Shown in pieces: positions 29,781 to 37,939 of a DNA stretch of 64,000 nucleotides. The stretch covers positions 2,636,409 through 2,700,408 of the forward strand of contig OY776497.1 of the NCBI GenBank assembly GCA_963675625.1, read 5' to 3'. Positions within the stretch are counted from its first letter, which is position 1. Each line of letters opens with the position of its first letter. The translations under genes and the position numbers were made by a program. The DNA is from Bacteroidaceae bacterium (GTDB taxonomy: Bacteria > Bacteroidota > Bacteroidia > Bacteroidales > Bacteroidaceae). The notes under the pieces were generated by a model, which saw only the letters and a list, made by a program, of their open reading frames with translations, was not told where the DNA came from and made no database searches.

Positions 29781-29783
29781 TGT

Positions 29784-31094
29784 TTATACAATGTTTTGTT
29801 TTTCAACGTTGTCCTCTCTAGGTTGTCCCATTTGAGCTATGCCATCTTCGGCAAACCATATACCATCCCATCTACTGCTTATCAATTCTGTGATATCATG
29901 GAGCAATTCCTCATCTTCTACCTCTACGTCATACATGGCTGGAAGTTGAGCCCAAAATAAAAGCTTATGCCTACATTGTTTCACTCCAATATACCCCTTC
30001 TTCTGCATAGTTATTGCTTTACAAATACTTAATCCGAGGCCTGGTCCAGGGCTAAATGGGTCTATTTTATGAAAGCGTTTAAACATATGAATCAATTCCG
30101 AATCACTATATGTGCGGTCTACCTCATTGATACAATACATGACCTCATTGTCTCCTTCAAAATAAATACCCGAGCGAATGGTACCAGCACGTGTAAATTT
30201 AATCGCATTGCTGATAAATTGTTCAATGATATATGGATACACATTTTTATCATAACGCATCATGGCAAAACAGTAGGGAAATTCAAAAGTGAAATGAATC
30301 TCTTTTGTTGGTTTGATCGCTTTTTGAAATTTATACTCCAATTGATGAAGTTGAGGAATGATATCACCATCCTCAATTTGTGGTTCCATGCGTTTATTGT
30401 CCACATTGGCAAGCATAAGGATGTCATTGATTAGCACATTTAAATGCGTACTTTTACGGAGAATGATTTCCGCATATTCTTTTTGGGTGTCTTTAGAAAG
30501 AGACTCATGTTCATCAGCAAGAAGTAAAGAAAAACCAAGGATACTATTCAGTGGCGTACGTAATTCATAGCTAATCTGTTCTAGGAAGGTCGCTTTTTCT
30601 TTATCCGCCTTTTTAGCTTCACGGATGTGATGCTGGAGTTCAAAAATATTTAAGAAAGTACCCATAAGGTATCTTTTTCCTTTGATTTCTAATACTCGAA
30701 TAAGAGGTTGGGCTTCAAAGCTCACACCATCTTTAGTGTAGATTGTGTGATTTTCATCTTTCACCTCTTCCCCGTTAATGAGTCGATCAAAACTATCTGT
30801 CCACCGTTTGGCGGTTTGCTCTCCCAAGTTGTTGATCATTTGGTAGGGATTGACACCTAGGATTTGTCCACCTATTTTATTGTAAAATAGGTATCTCCCT
30901 AGATAGCTTCGACCATCCATTCCTGTTTGGATTTCACGTAAAAACATAGGGAAGGGAAGACGATGAATGACATAGGTGTATATACTCTTGTTTTGCAATA
31001 AACGACTCAGCTTTCTCAAGCGATAGACTTGAAAAGCAACGATCATTGCGAGCAAAAGTAACATACATATTATAGCGATGTGCATTTGAATCAT
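29784..31094 (-). CDS. Membrane-anchored PAS-like histidine-kinase-like protein, H-box His replaced by Tyr, G1 box degenerate
   Basis: One N-terminal TM. H-box reads FLEQISYELRTPLNSILGF (TAT at 30567-30569). N box SNAIKFT and G2 GPGLGLS are present. There is no DxGxG (reads CINEVDRTYSDSE). Confidence 0.85.
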   Translation of the reverse strand: MIQMHIAIICMLLLLAMIVAFQVYRLRKLSRLLQNKSIYTYVIHRLPFPMFLREIQTGMDGRSYLGRYLFYNKIGGQILGVNPYQMINNLGEQTAKRWTDSFDRLINGEEVKDENHTIYTKDGVSFEAQPLIRVLEIKGKRYLMGTFLNIFELQHHIREAKKADKEKATFLEQISYELRTPLNSILGFSLLLADEHESLSKDTQKEYAEIILRKSTHLNVLINDILMLANVDNKRMEPQIEDGDIIPQLHQLEYKFQKAIKPTKEIHFTFEFPYCFAMMRYDKNVYPYIIEQFISNAIKFTRAGTIRSGIYFEGDNEVMYCINEVDRTYSDSELIHMFKRFHKIDPFSPGPGLGLSICKAITMQKKGYIGVKQCRHKLLFWAQLPAMYDVEVEDEELLHDITELISSRWDGIWFAEDGIAQMGQPREDNVEKQNIV

Positions 31095-31185
31095 AATAAT
31101 TGTCTATATGCTATGTCCTTGTCATTAACTAAAAAAATTAGTGTAGTTACCGAGATTACCCGTGTATTCATATAAGCTCAATAGA

Positions 31186-31193
31186 CCAAATAT
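31186..31193 (-). promoter_or_regulatory. Bacteroidota -7 box (TATATTTG on coding strand)
   Basis: CAAATATA on the + strand, 92 nt upstream of the ATG at 31094. Confidence 0.3.
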
Positions 31194-31374
31194 ACGTATA
31201 ATCAAACAAATAGCCATCAAAACAAGGCAGCTATTATCAAAAAAGCAAAACGAATTAAACAATTGTCTTTTTTATTAATATTTATAAATACACAACCCGC
31301 GCTTCCTGCGTATAGTTTAACAGTTAAAGTCTAGATACTTTTATGGCTAGATTTGGAAACTCTACAAATTAGCC

Positions 31375-31382
31375 TTAATTTT
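31375..31382 (+). promoter_or_regulatory. Bacteroidota promoter: -7 box TAATTTTG with TTTG at 31352-31355
   Basis: TAnnTTTG plus an upstream TTTG 19 nt away. The box overlaps the ORF-track TTG start, so that start is unlikely. Confidence 0.45.
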
Positions 31383-31473
31383 GTGTCTAACTATGGCGAT
31401 ACATACACTCCAGATGGTAAATAGCTATCAAATGGATGTCAAAAGCTTTATTTTACAACCCAAAAGATTTATA

Positions 31474-33135
31474 ATGAAGAGAATTTTTTCGACCTTACTT
31501 TGCTTTGTAGTTGCTCTTGGTATAGAGTCTACAGCATGTACCAATTTAATTGTAGGTCCAAAAGCATCAGTAGATGGCAGTACCATCGTGAGTTACGCAG
31601 CAGATTCATACTATATGTATGGATGGTTATATCATTATCCTGCTGCTACCTATCCAAAGGATGCTAAATTACCAATATATGAATGGGATACCGGCAAGTA
31701 TCTCGGTAGTATCAAACAAGCCCGAGAAACATACAATGTTGTTGGCAATATGAACCAGTATCAGGTGACTATCGGAGAAACGACTTTTGGTGGTCGTCCC
31801 GAATTGGTTGACAGCACAGCTGTAATGGATTATGGTAGCTTGATTTATGTTGCGTTGCAACGAAGCAAATCAGCGCGTGAAGCCATTCATGTTATGACTA
31901 GCCTAGTCGAAGAATATGGATATTATAGCAGTGGGGAAAGCTTTACTATTGCCGATCCTACCGAGGCTTGGATCATGGAAATGATTGGTAAGGGACCGGG
32001 CGTACGTGGGGCAGTATGGGTGGCTCGTCGAGTGCCAGATGATTGTATCAGTGCTCATGCCAACCAAAGTCGCATTCGACAATTTCCGCTAGACGATAAA
32101 GACAATTGTTTGTATGCATCAGATGTCATTTCTTTTGCTCGTGAAAAAGGATATTTCAATGGGTTAAACAAAGACTTTAGCTTTGCTGATGCCTATGCAC
32201 CATTAGATTTTGGAGCACTTCGTTACTGTGAAGCACGCGTGTGGAGTTTTTACAACCGTTTCACAAAACGAGGAGAAGAGTTCTTACCATATATCTATGG
32301 TAAAGACAAAACACCTATGCCTTTGTTTATCAAGCCAGATCGTAAACTATCTGTGCGCGATGTACAAAATATGATGCGCGACCATTATGAAGGAACACCT
32401 CTAGCCATCAATGAAGATTTAGGGGCTGGTCCATGGAAAATGCCATATCGTCCATCGCCTCTACATTTCAAAGTAGATGGTAAGGAATATTTCAATGAAC
32501 GTCCTATCTCTACACAACAAACTGGTTTCGTGTTTGTTGCTCAGATGCGTGAAGATCTTCCCGATCCTATTGGCGGGGTACTATGGTTCGGATTGGATGA
32601 TGCCAACATGACGGTATTTACTCCAGTATATTGTTGCACTAATCGCATCCCTAAGTGTTACCAAGAAAATGGTTTGGATCTTGCTACTTTCTCTATGGAG
32701 AGCAGCTTCTGGGTGTACAACTGGGTATCTAACATGGTGTATCCACGATACAGCTTGATGATTGGTGACTTGAAGAAAGTACAGAAGAATTTAGAAGATC
32801 AATTCGCGGCCACACAAAGTGCCATCGAAACACAAGCATTGGCTTATTACCAAAAGGATCATAAACAAGCTGTTGATTTCTTGACCAATTATACAGGACA
32901 GATGGCTAGTGCTACTCATGACACATGGCGTAAACTAGGTAATTACTTGATTGTCAAGTACAATGATATGGTTGTGCAACCTACAGATAGTACTGGTCAT
33001 TTCAAGTACAACAAACAAGGTCGCCCAGCAGCACCAGTTCGTCCTGGATATGCAGAGTCATTCCTTAAAGAATATGTGAAGGCAACTGGTGATCGCTACT
33101 TGGTGCCACAAGAAAAGAAAGAAGAGACCAAATAA
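31474..33135 (+). CDS. C69-family dipeptidase (secreted)
   Basis: Signal peptide ending in STA, followed by the nucleophile Cys in CTNLIVG. The ATG at 31474 (MKRIFSTLL) is preferred. Confidence 0.88.
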   Translation: MKRIFSTLLCFVVALGIESTACTNLIVGPKASVDGSTIVSYAADSYYMYGWLYHYPAATYPKDAKLPIYEWDTGKYLGSIKQARETYNVVGNMNQYQVTIGETTFGGRPELVDSTAVMDYGSLIYVALQRSKSAREAIHVMTSLVEEYGYYSSGESFTIADPTEAWIMEMIGKGPGVRGAVWVARRVPDDCISAHANQSRIRQFPLDDKDNCLYASDVISFAREKGYFNGLNKDFSFADAYAPLDFGALRYCEARVWSFYNRFTKRGEEFLPYIYGKDKTPMPLFIKPDRKLSVRDVQNMMRDHYEGTPLAINEDLGAGPWKMPYRPSPLHFKVDGKEYFNERPISTQQTGFVFVAQMREDLPDPIGGVLWFGLDDANMTVFTPVYCCTNRIPKCYQENGLDLATFSMESSFWVYNWVSNMVYPRYSLMIGDLKKVQKNLEDQFAATQSAIETQALAYYQKDHKQAVDFLTNYTGQMASATHDTWRKLGNYLIVKYNDMVVQPTDSTGHFKYNKQGRPAAPVRPGYAESFLKEYVKATGDRYLVPQEKKEETK

Positions 33136-33164
33136 CATAAAACCAATTATTTAAACTCAAAAGT

Positions 33165-34295
33165 ATGAAAACAAATGGATTATGGCTAGCAGGAGCCATT
33201 GCATTAGGCTTTGCAAGCTGTACACCTAAAAATCAAGCGACTCTTAATGGAGATTTGCTTGCAGCAGATTCTCTGAATGTACAGTCAGTTGTCGTTAAAG
33301 GCATTGACGGAGTCGCTGACACTGTTAAAGTTGTCAACAACCACTTTACGTTCAAAAAAGTCATTGATGCACCTAAATTAGTTTTTGTCAGTTCAGCGAC
33401 TGATATTAATATTCCACCTTTGGAAGTTGTGCTTGAACCAAACTTGATCTCAACATTGACAATCAGTGCACATCCTGAAAAGGTGACTCGCACAGGTGGA
33501 GCATTGAACGAACAACTTGAAAAAGATCGCGAGAAAGCTATCGAAGTCAATGCTAAAATGACAGAATTGATTACAGCATTTCGGGCACTTGATCCAGAGG
33601 CAGAAGATGCACTAGCTAAGCGTGATAGTATTTCAGATGTGTATGATAAAGAAACAGAGGCTTTAGAATCCTATCTAAAAGACAACTTTACTGCACATAG
33701 CAGTGATGCACTTGGTGGATTGTATTTGAAGCAAGTTGTGGCACGTCATGCAATGACTCCAGACGAGATTATTGCTGCTATTTCTTTGTTGCCTGAAGAT
33801 GAACAAAAAACAGAAGACATTGCTAAGATCAGAGCACAAGCAGAAGTTGCTCGTAAAACTGCAGTTGGTCAACCTTATGTAGACTTCGAAATGAAAGATA
33901 TGAAGGGTAATGTAGTGAAGTTGTCTGATTATATCAAACCAGGTCAAGTAACTATAGTTGACTTTTGGGCAAGCTGGTGTGGCCCTTGCCGCCGTTCTAT
34001 GCCAGGTCTAGCTAAATTGTATAAGACATACAAAGCCAAAGGTTTCCAAATCGTAGGAGTATCATTGGATAGTCCTAAGTCTGAAAAAGCATGGCACGAA
34101 ACAGTGAAGAATCTTAAGATGACTTGGCCACAAATGTCCGATTTGAAATATTGGGATTGTGCTGCACGTCCTATCTACAATTTTAATGCGATCCCATTTA
34201 TGGTCATTGTTGACAAAGATGGTAAGATCGCTGCAAGAGGTTTGCACGACATCGTAGAAATCGAAAAAGAAGTCAAAACACTTCTTGCTAAATAA
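33165..34295 (+). CDS. TlpA/AhpC-like thioredoxin-fold lipoprotein (thiol-disulfide oxidoreductase)
   Basis: Lipobox GFASC, an N-terminal beta-rich domain, and a C-terminal FWASWCGPCR active site. Confidence 0.88.
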   Translation: MKTNGLWLAGAIALGFASCTPKNQATLNGDLLAADSLNVQSVVVKGIDGVADTVKVVNNHFTFKKVIDAPKLVFVSSATDINIPPLEVVLEPNLISTLTISAHPEKVTRTGGALNEQLEKDREKAIEVNAKMTELITAFRALDPEAEDALAKRDSISDVYDKETEALESYLKDNFTAHSSDALGGLYLKQVVARHAMTPDEIIAAISLLPEDEQKTEDIAKIRAQAEVARKTAVGQPYVDFEMKDMKGNVVKLSDYIKPGQVTIVDFWASWCGPCRRSMPGLAKLYKTYKAKGFQIVGVSLDSPKSEKAWHETVKNLKMTWPQMSDLKYWDCAARPIYNFNAIPFMVIVDKDGKIAARGLHDIVEIEKEVKTLLAK

Positions 34296-34316
34296 GTTTT
34301 CACTTACACATTATAG

Positions 34317-34350
34317 AAGAGGCTGTGTCAAAAGTAATTTGGCACAGCCT
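34317..34350. repeat. 34-nt direct repeat, copy A
   Basis: aagaggctgtgtcaaaagtaatttggcacagcct. Matches 34854-34887 at 32 of 34 positions. Confidence 0.85.
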
Positions 34351-34352
34351 CT
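34318..34352 (+). terminator. Terminator hairpin of the thioredoxin-like gene
   Basis: 15-bp stem (including one G-U pair) agaggctgtgtcaaa / tttggcacagcctct, loop agtaa. Confidence 0.6.
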
Positions 34353-34682
34353 CTTTAAATATTAATAAACGAACTTGTGATTGTACCCACCTTAACGTCT
34401 GCCGATTGGATGTGACGAAAATTTCTCAGAGAGAACAAAATTCCTTTATTTTCCATTTGATTTTTATAATTAATGTCCCACAAACACACAATTCACCCCC
34501 CACTACTACTTTTCCACCCCAAGACACCGCAAAATTCAACAAAAAAAATGAGTAATCAAAAGAACCCCAGATAAATTTCATCGCTTTTGGAGAAGATTTG
34601 CAAGAAAAAAAATAACGTGCAAATTTTATCCAAAACAACAAACATACAACACAAATCTTCGACGAATCACTTCACTTTTCCG

Positions 34683-34690
34683 TATTTTTG
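34683..34690 (+). promoter_or_regulatory. Bacteroidota -7 box TATTTTTG in an ORF-free region
   Basis: Exact TAnnTTTG match with no protein gene downstream. It precedes the hairpin/terminator pair. Confidence 0.3.
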
Positions 34691-34696
34691 TACAAG

Positions 34697-34777
34697 CGCT
34701 TGCACCTCAAAACGCAAGCGGTTGCACAAAGCTAAACATCCCGATATGTAGCAAATCGCAAGCGCTTGCGTTTTTTT
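34697..34777 (+). ncRNA. Candidate ~80-nt small RNA (unnamed)
   Basis: A -7 box at 34683-34690, a hairpin cgcttgc-(10 nt)-gcaagcg at 34697-34720, and the palindrome cgcaagcgcttgcg at 34757-34770 followed by T7 (34771-34777). The ends are inferred, not mapped. Confidence 0.25.
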
Positions 34778-34853
34778 ACTGATAAAAAGGCCAACATGGC
34801 CCTTATATTTATCCCTCCAGCCTACACCAAGGTTTTCAATATTTTCCGCTCGA

Positions 34854-34887
34854 AAGAGGCGGTGTCAAAAGTAATTTGGCACAACCT
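34854..34887. repeat. 34-nt direct repeat, copy B (degenerate hairpin)
   Basis: aagaggcggtgtcaaaagtaatttggcacaacct, 537 bp from copy A. Confidence 0.85.
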
Positions 34888-34902
34888 TTTTCTGATAACA
34901 CA

Positions 34903-34947
34903 TGTCCCGTCCTAACATATTGTGTAACGCTATGTTAGGACGGGACA
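34903..34947 (-). terminator. Strong hairpin downstream of the LruC-domain gene
   Basis: Perfect 17-bp stem tgtcccgtcctaacata / tatgttaggacgggaca with an 11-nt loop. Confidence 0.65.
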
Positions 34948-34973
34948 AATAATTTGCTACTATTCTTTATTCA

Positions 34974-36350
34974 TCATTTTTGGGGAAACATCCAATTTTT
35001 AGCTCCCTTACCATTTACCCAATCAGCAAAGCGTGTATATGACTTAGTAATAATTTGTTTTTCACTTGGCCATACCCAAGAAGTTTTGGTTGTCTCATCA
35101 GTTGAAATATCATTGACAACAATTGCCCAAGGAAAATTGTCTGCTGATGTATAATACCTATTAGTACTTAAGTCAGAATCATCGTTGCCTGTTCCAAAAT
35201 AATATGGAGATGCATTGCGCGTAGGTGCATATCCACTCATATGAATTTCTACGCGTTCTTTTTGTTTAGCTACCTCATCATCTACACGATAGATAAAGAA
35301 GTTTAAATTTGAGATGTTGAAATATTCAGGTTTTACTTTATGGCTATTGAAGTCTAAGCGAACAGTAAATTCTCGTCCCACTTCGCGTGTAGAGCCCGTA
35401 TTCAGTGTAGTACGGTCAGTTAGCTCCTCTTCACCTAGAAATAATTTATGCGCATCATAAGCAAGAGGAATGATAACCAATTCGTTCCCATTTCCATCTT
35501 CTCTTAAATCATTATTGCTGTGAATATCAAAAGCTCCCTCATCTGTCGGTTCTAGTCCAGGCATACCTCTAAGTGAATGAGTAATTATTTTTACGCTCGA
35601 ATTGAGAATTTTGTCAAACTGAAGTCCTATCCCCAATATATGAGTTGCCCCTACAGCCATCAACTCAAAAGTGAAAGTAGCACTTTGTACATAGTTTTTA
35701 TGTCCCTGTACTGTTTCCAAACTCTTCACATGCAATACTACATCGTTAAGATCATAATCGCCAAAAGAAGGCCATTGATCTTCAAAATTGATGGTATATC
35801 CAGCAGAATATGCCCCTTCAATATTTTCGTCATCTAATCGAGTGTTTATTGATGAACGAGTTGTTGTTGATTTTGTTGACGCGATAACTGTTCCCCCTTG
35901 TACACAAGAATAAGTCATATTTGTGTTTGTTTCAGGAGCGTTGTAACTATAGACTTTGGTTTGTCCCTCCGGATCAACAACCTTTATATACACCTTATCT
36001 GAATAGCTTGGTATATTTACAGATGAAGTCAGCGGAAAATTACCTCTAGCCACTCCAGTAAGAAAAGGCACCGCCTGACTGTTGGTCGCTGGATTTTCCG
36101 TGTACACATCCACGTAATAATCATAAACACTATCAAACTGGTCGTTTACTTTGATAGTGATAGTCGCATCATCCATAGTAGACCATGAAAAGTTGGAACT
36201 AGGAGTTAAATCACTTAAAGGATTGCTTTTAGCTTCTACTACAGGTCCATTGTAGACTGTATTAATATCACTTGATGTACAAGATGTATTGATTAAAGTT
36301 GCTGATAAACCTGCAATTATCGTGTACGATAAATTCTTTGTCCATTTCAT
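34974..36350 (-). CDS. LruC-domain (DUF4842-like) lipoprotein
   Basis: Lipobox (LINTSC) and the FEDQWPSFGDYDLNDVVL signature of the LruC domain. Confidence 0.75.
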   Translation of the reverse strand: MKWTKNLSYTIIAGLSATLINTSCTSSDINTVYNGPVVEAKSNPLSDLTPSSNFSWSTMDDATITIKVNDQFDSVYDYYVDVYTENPATNSQAVPFLTGVARGNFPLTSSVNIPSYSDKVYIKVVDPEGQTKVYSYNAPETNTNMTYSCVQGGTVIASTKSTTTRSSINTRLDDENIEGAYSAGYTINFEDQWPSFGDYDLNDVVLHVKSLETVQGHKNYVQSATFTFELMAVGATHILGIGLQFDKILNSSVKIITHSLRGMPGLEPTDEGAFDIHSNNDLREDGNGNELVIIPLAYDAHKLFLGEEELTDRTTLNTGSTREVGREFTVRLDFNSHKVKPEYFNISNLNFFIYRVDDEVAKQKERVEIHMSGYAPTRNASPYYFGTGNDDSDLSTNRYYTSADNFPWAIVVNDISTDETTKTSWVWPSEKQIITKSYTRFADWVNGKGAKNWMFPQK

Positions 36351-36395
36351 AAGCAGTATATTTAATTGTTTGTTCTAGTAATTGATTAGTAAACT

Positions 36396-37337
36396 CTATA
36401 TTAATACCTCTTTTAATTGAGATTCCCAATAAAACAACCCATGGAAAACCTTCTTTTGGGCCGCCGTATTCATGCCTTTTCCTTTATACACTAAGTACTC
36501 GGTAAACTTTTTAAACACCTCTGTGCTTTCATCAGATAGGCCTACTTCAGAAATCATGACTGGTGTATCATATTTTCTTACCAATTGCTCCAGGTTATAG
36601 ATACACGCATCTGCTACACCTTGCCAAGTTTCCACCTCAGGATGGAGAGACACTCCCACCATATCCCATTGAGCACCATTGGCTCGTAGACCATCCAGTA
36701 ACCATTGTAGGTGAGGCCATTCCTGCCCCCGATCTATATGCACCATCACCAGAGCTTTGGGACATATACTTTTGGCTGCGGTATAACCCGCTTGATGCAG
36801 CGCAGCATAATTTGTCATTGATTCCGATGCCCGCCCAGTAGGCCAAAGCATACCATCAGATGTTTCATTACCGATTTGTATCCATTTAGGTTCCACATCA
36901 TGATTGCGCAAATCACTCAATACATCACGCGTATGCTTACTCACAGCCTCTTGAATTTCCTCTAGAGAAAGCGATTCCCACGCCTTAGGCTTATTTTGTT
37001 TATCGGCATTCGCCAACCAATCACTGTAATGAAAATCAATCATCACATCCAAGTCCAACTCCCTTGCCCGCATAGCCTTTTGAACCACATCAACACGGTT
37101 ACACCATCCATCAGCAGGATGCACCAATACGGGTAGCCGGATAGCGTTGATTCCTAAGTTAGCCATCAACAGGGAGCGATCTATTTTAGTACCCCAAGAA
37201 AGATTCGTTCCTTTGATAATTGGATCATCCCCCGATTCCAGATCTGGTTCCTTTTGTTCCTTACTTGAAAATACCCAAAACAGCATCAACGCACAGAAGG
37301 CGATTAAAGTAAAAGTTAGTGCTTTATCCGACAACAT
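36396..37337 (-). CDS. GH53 arabinogalactan endo-beta-1,4-galactanase
   Basis: DFHYSDWLA, QIGNETSDGMLWP (acid/base Glu) and MISEVGL (nucleophile Glu). N-terminal signal anchor. Confidence 0.85.
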   Translation of the reverse strand: MLSDKALTFTLIAFCALMLFWVFSSKEQKEPDLESGDDPIIKGTNLSWGTKIDRSLLMANLGINAIRLPVLVHPADGWCNRVDVVQKAMRARELDLDVMIDFHYSDWLANADKQNKPKAWESLSLEEIQEAVSKHTRDVLSDLRNHDVEPKWIQIGNETSDGMLWPTGRASESMTNYAALHQAGYTAAKSICPKALVMVHIDRGQEWPHLQWLLDGLRANGAQWDMVGVSLHPEVETWQGVADACIYNLEQLVRKYDTPVMISEVGLSDESTEVFKKFTEYLVYKGKGMNTAAQKKVFHGLFYWESQLKEVLI

Positions 37338-37400
37338 AAGCAGTGGTTTTAGATGAAAGGTTTTGATATATAGAGATCAATTAATATGAGAGTAGGGAAC

Positions 37401-37922
37401 TTACCACCCAAAAGCATCTCCTTGCATCCACAAGTTCTTAGCCTTAAGTACCTGTTCGATGACATCGCGACCACACCCGTGTCCACCAACCTTTTGAGAG
37501 ATATACTTGCATACTGCCTTGACTTCAGGCACAGCATCTGCGGGGCAACATGGTAAACCAACTGTTTGAAGTATCTCAAGATCAGGAATATCATCGCCCA
37601 TATATAGAATCTCGTCATCTTGCAGTCCCAAGCTATCACGCCATTTACGGTAATCAAGAATTTTGACAGCAGAGCCCATATACAGTTCGCTTACCCCCAA
37701 TTTAGAGTATCGAGTGCGCACAGCCTCCGTATTTCCACCAGTGATAATCGCCACATGAATACCTTGTTTCACCGCCAATTGTAAAGCATATCCATCCTTA
37801 ATATTGGCCGTACGTAGCGGTTCCCCAGATGGATGCAGGGTAATGGTTTCGGCACTCAACACGCCGTCTATATCGAAGGCCAGTGCCTTAATTTTCTCTA
37901 AAGGGTAATTAATACTTGACAT
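37401..37922 (-). CDS. kdsC: KDO 8-phosphate phosphatase (HAD IIIA)
   Basis: [16 protein letters not shown] and YMGDDIPDL motifs, about 173 aa. Confidence 0.88.
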   Translation of the reverse strand: MSSINYPLEKIKALAFDIDGVLSAETITLHPSGEPLRTANIKDGYALQLAVKQGIHVAIITGGNTEAVRTRYSKLGVSELYMGSAVKILDYRKWRDSLGLQDDEILYMGDDIPDLEILQTVGLPCCPADAVPEVKAVCKYISQKVGGHGCGRDVIEQVLKAKNLWMQGDAFGW

Positions 37923-37939
37923 AGGTATATAGTGTAAAC

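Noticed and set aside
34325-34641. 76-aa (+) and 71-aa (-) ORFs in the 680-bp gap.
   Set aside because: They give low-complexity, compositionally skewed translations. One starts inside the terminator hairpin. There is no -7 box in a suitable position. I treat the region as non-coding.
34317-34887. CRISPR array or other spacer-repeat structure.
   Set aside because: Only two copies of the 34-nt repeat exist, 537 bp apart, and no cas genes are present. Nowhere in the window do short repeats recur at regular 25-40 nt spacing.
34296-37400. A dif/Xer recombination site at the skew switch.
   Set aside because: I looked for the conserved XerD-arm-like TTATGT(T/A)AA and its complement in the 34.3-35.0 kb gap and in the 12.7-13.2 kb gap. 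I found only weak resemblances (for example tttatgtatgattaaat near 13025). There is no convincing 28-bp site, and I do not know the exact Bacteroidota consensus.
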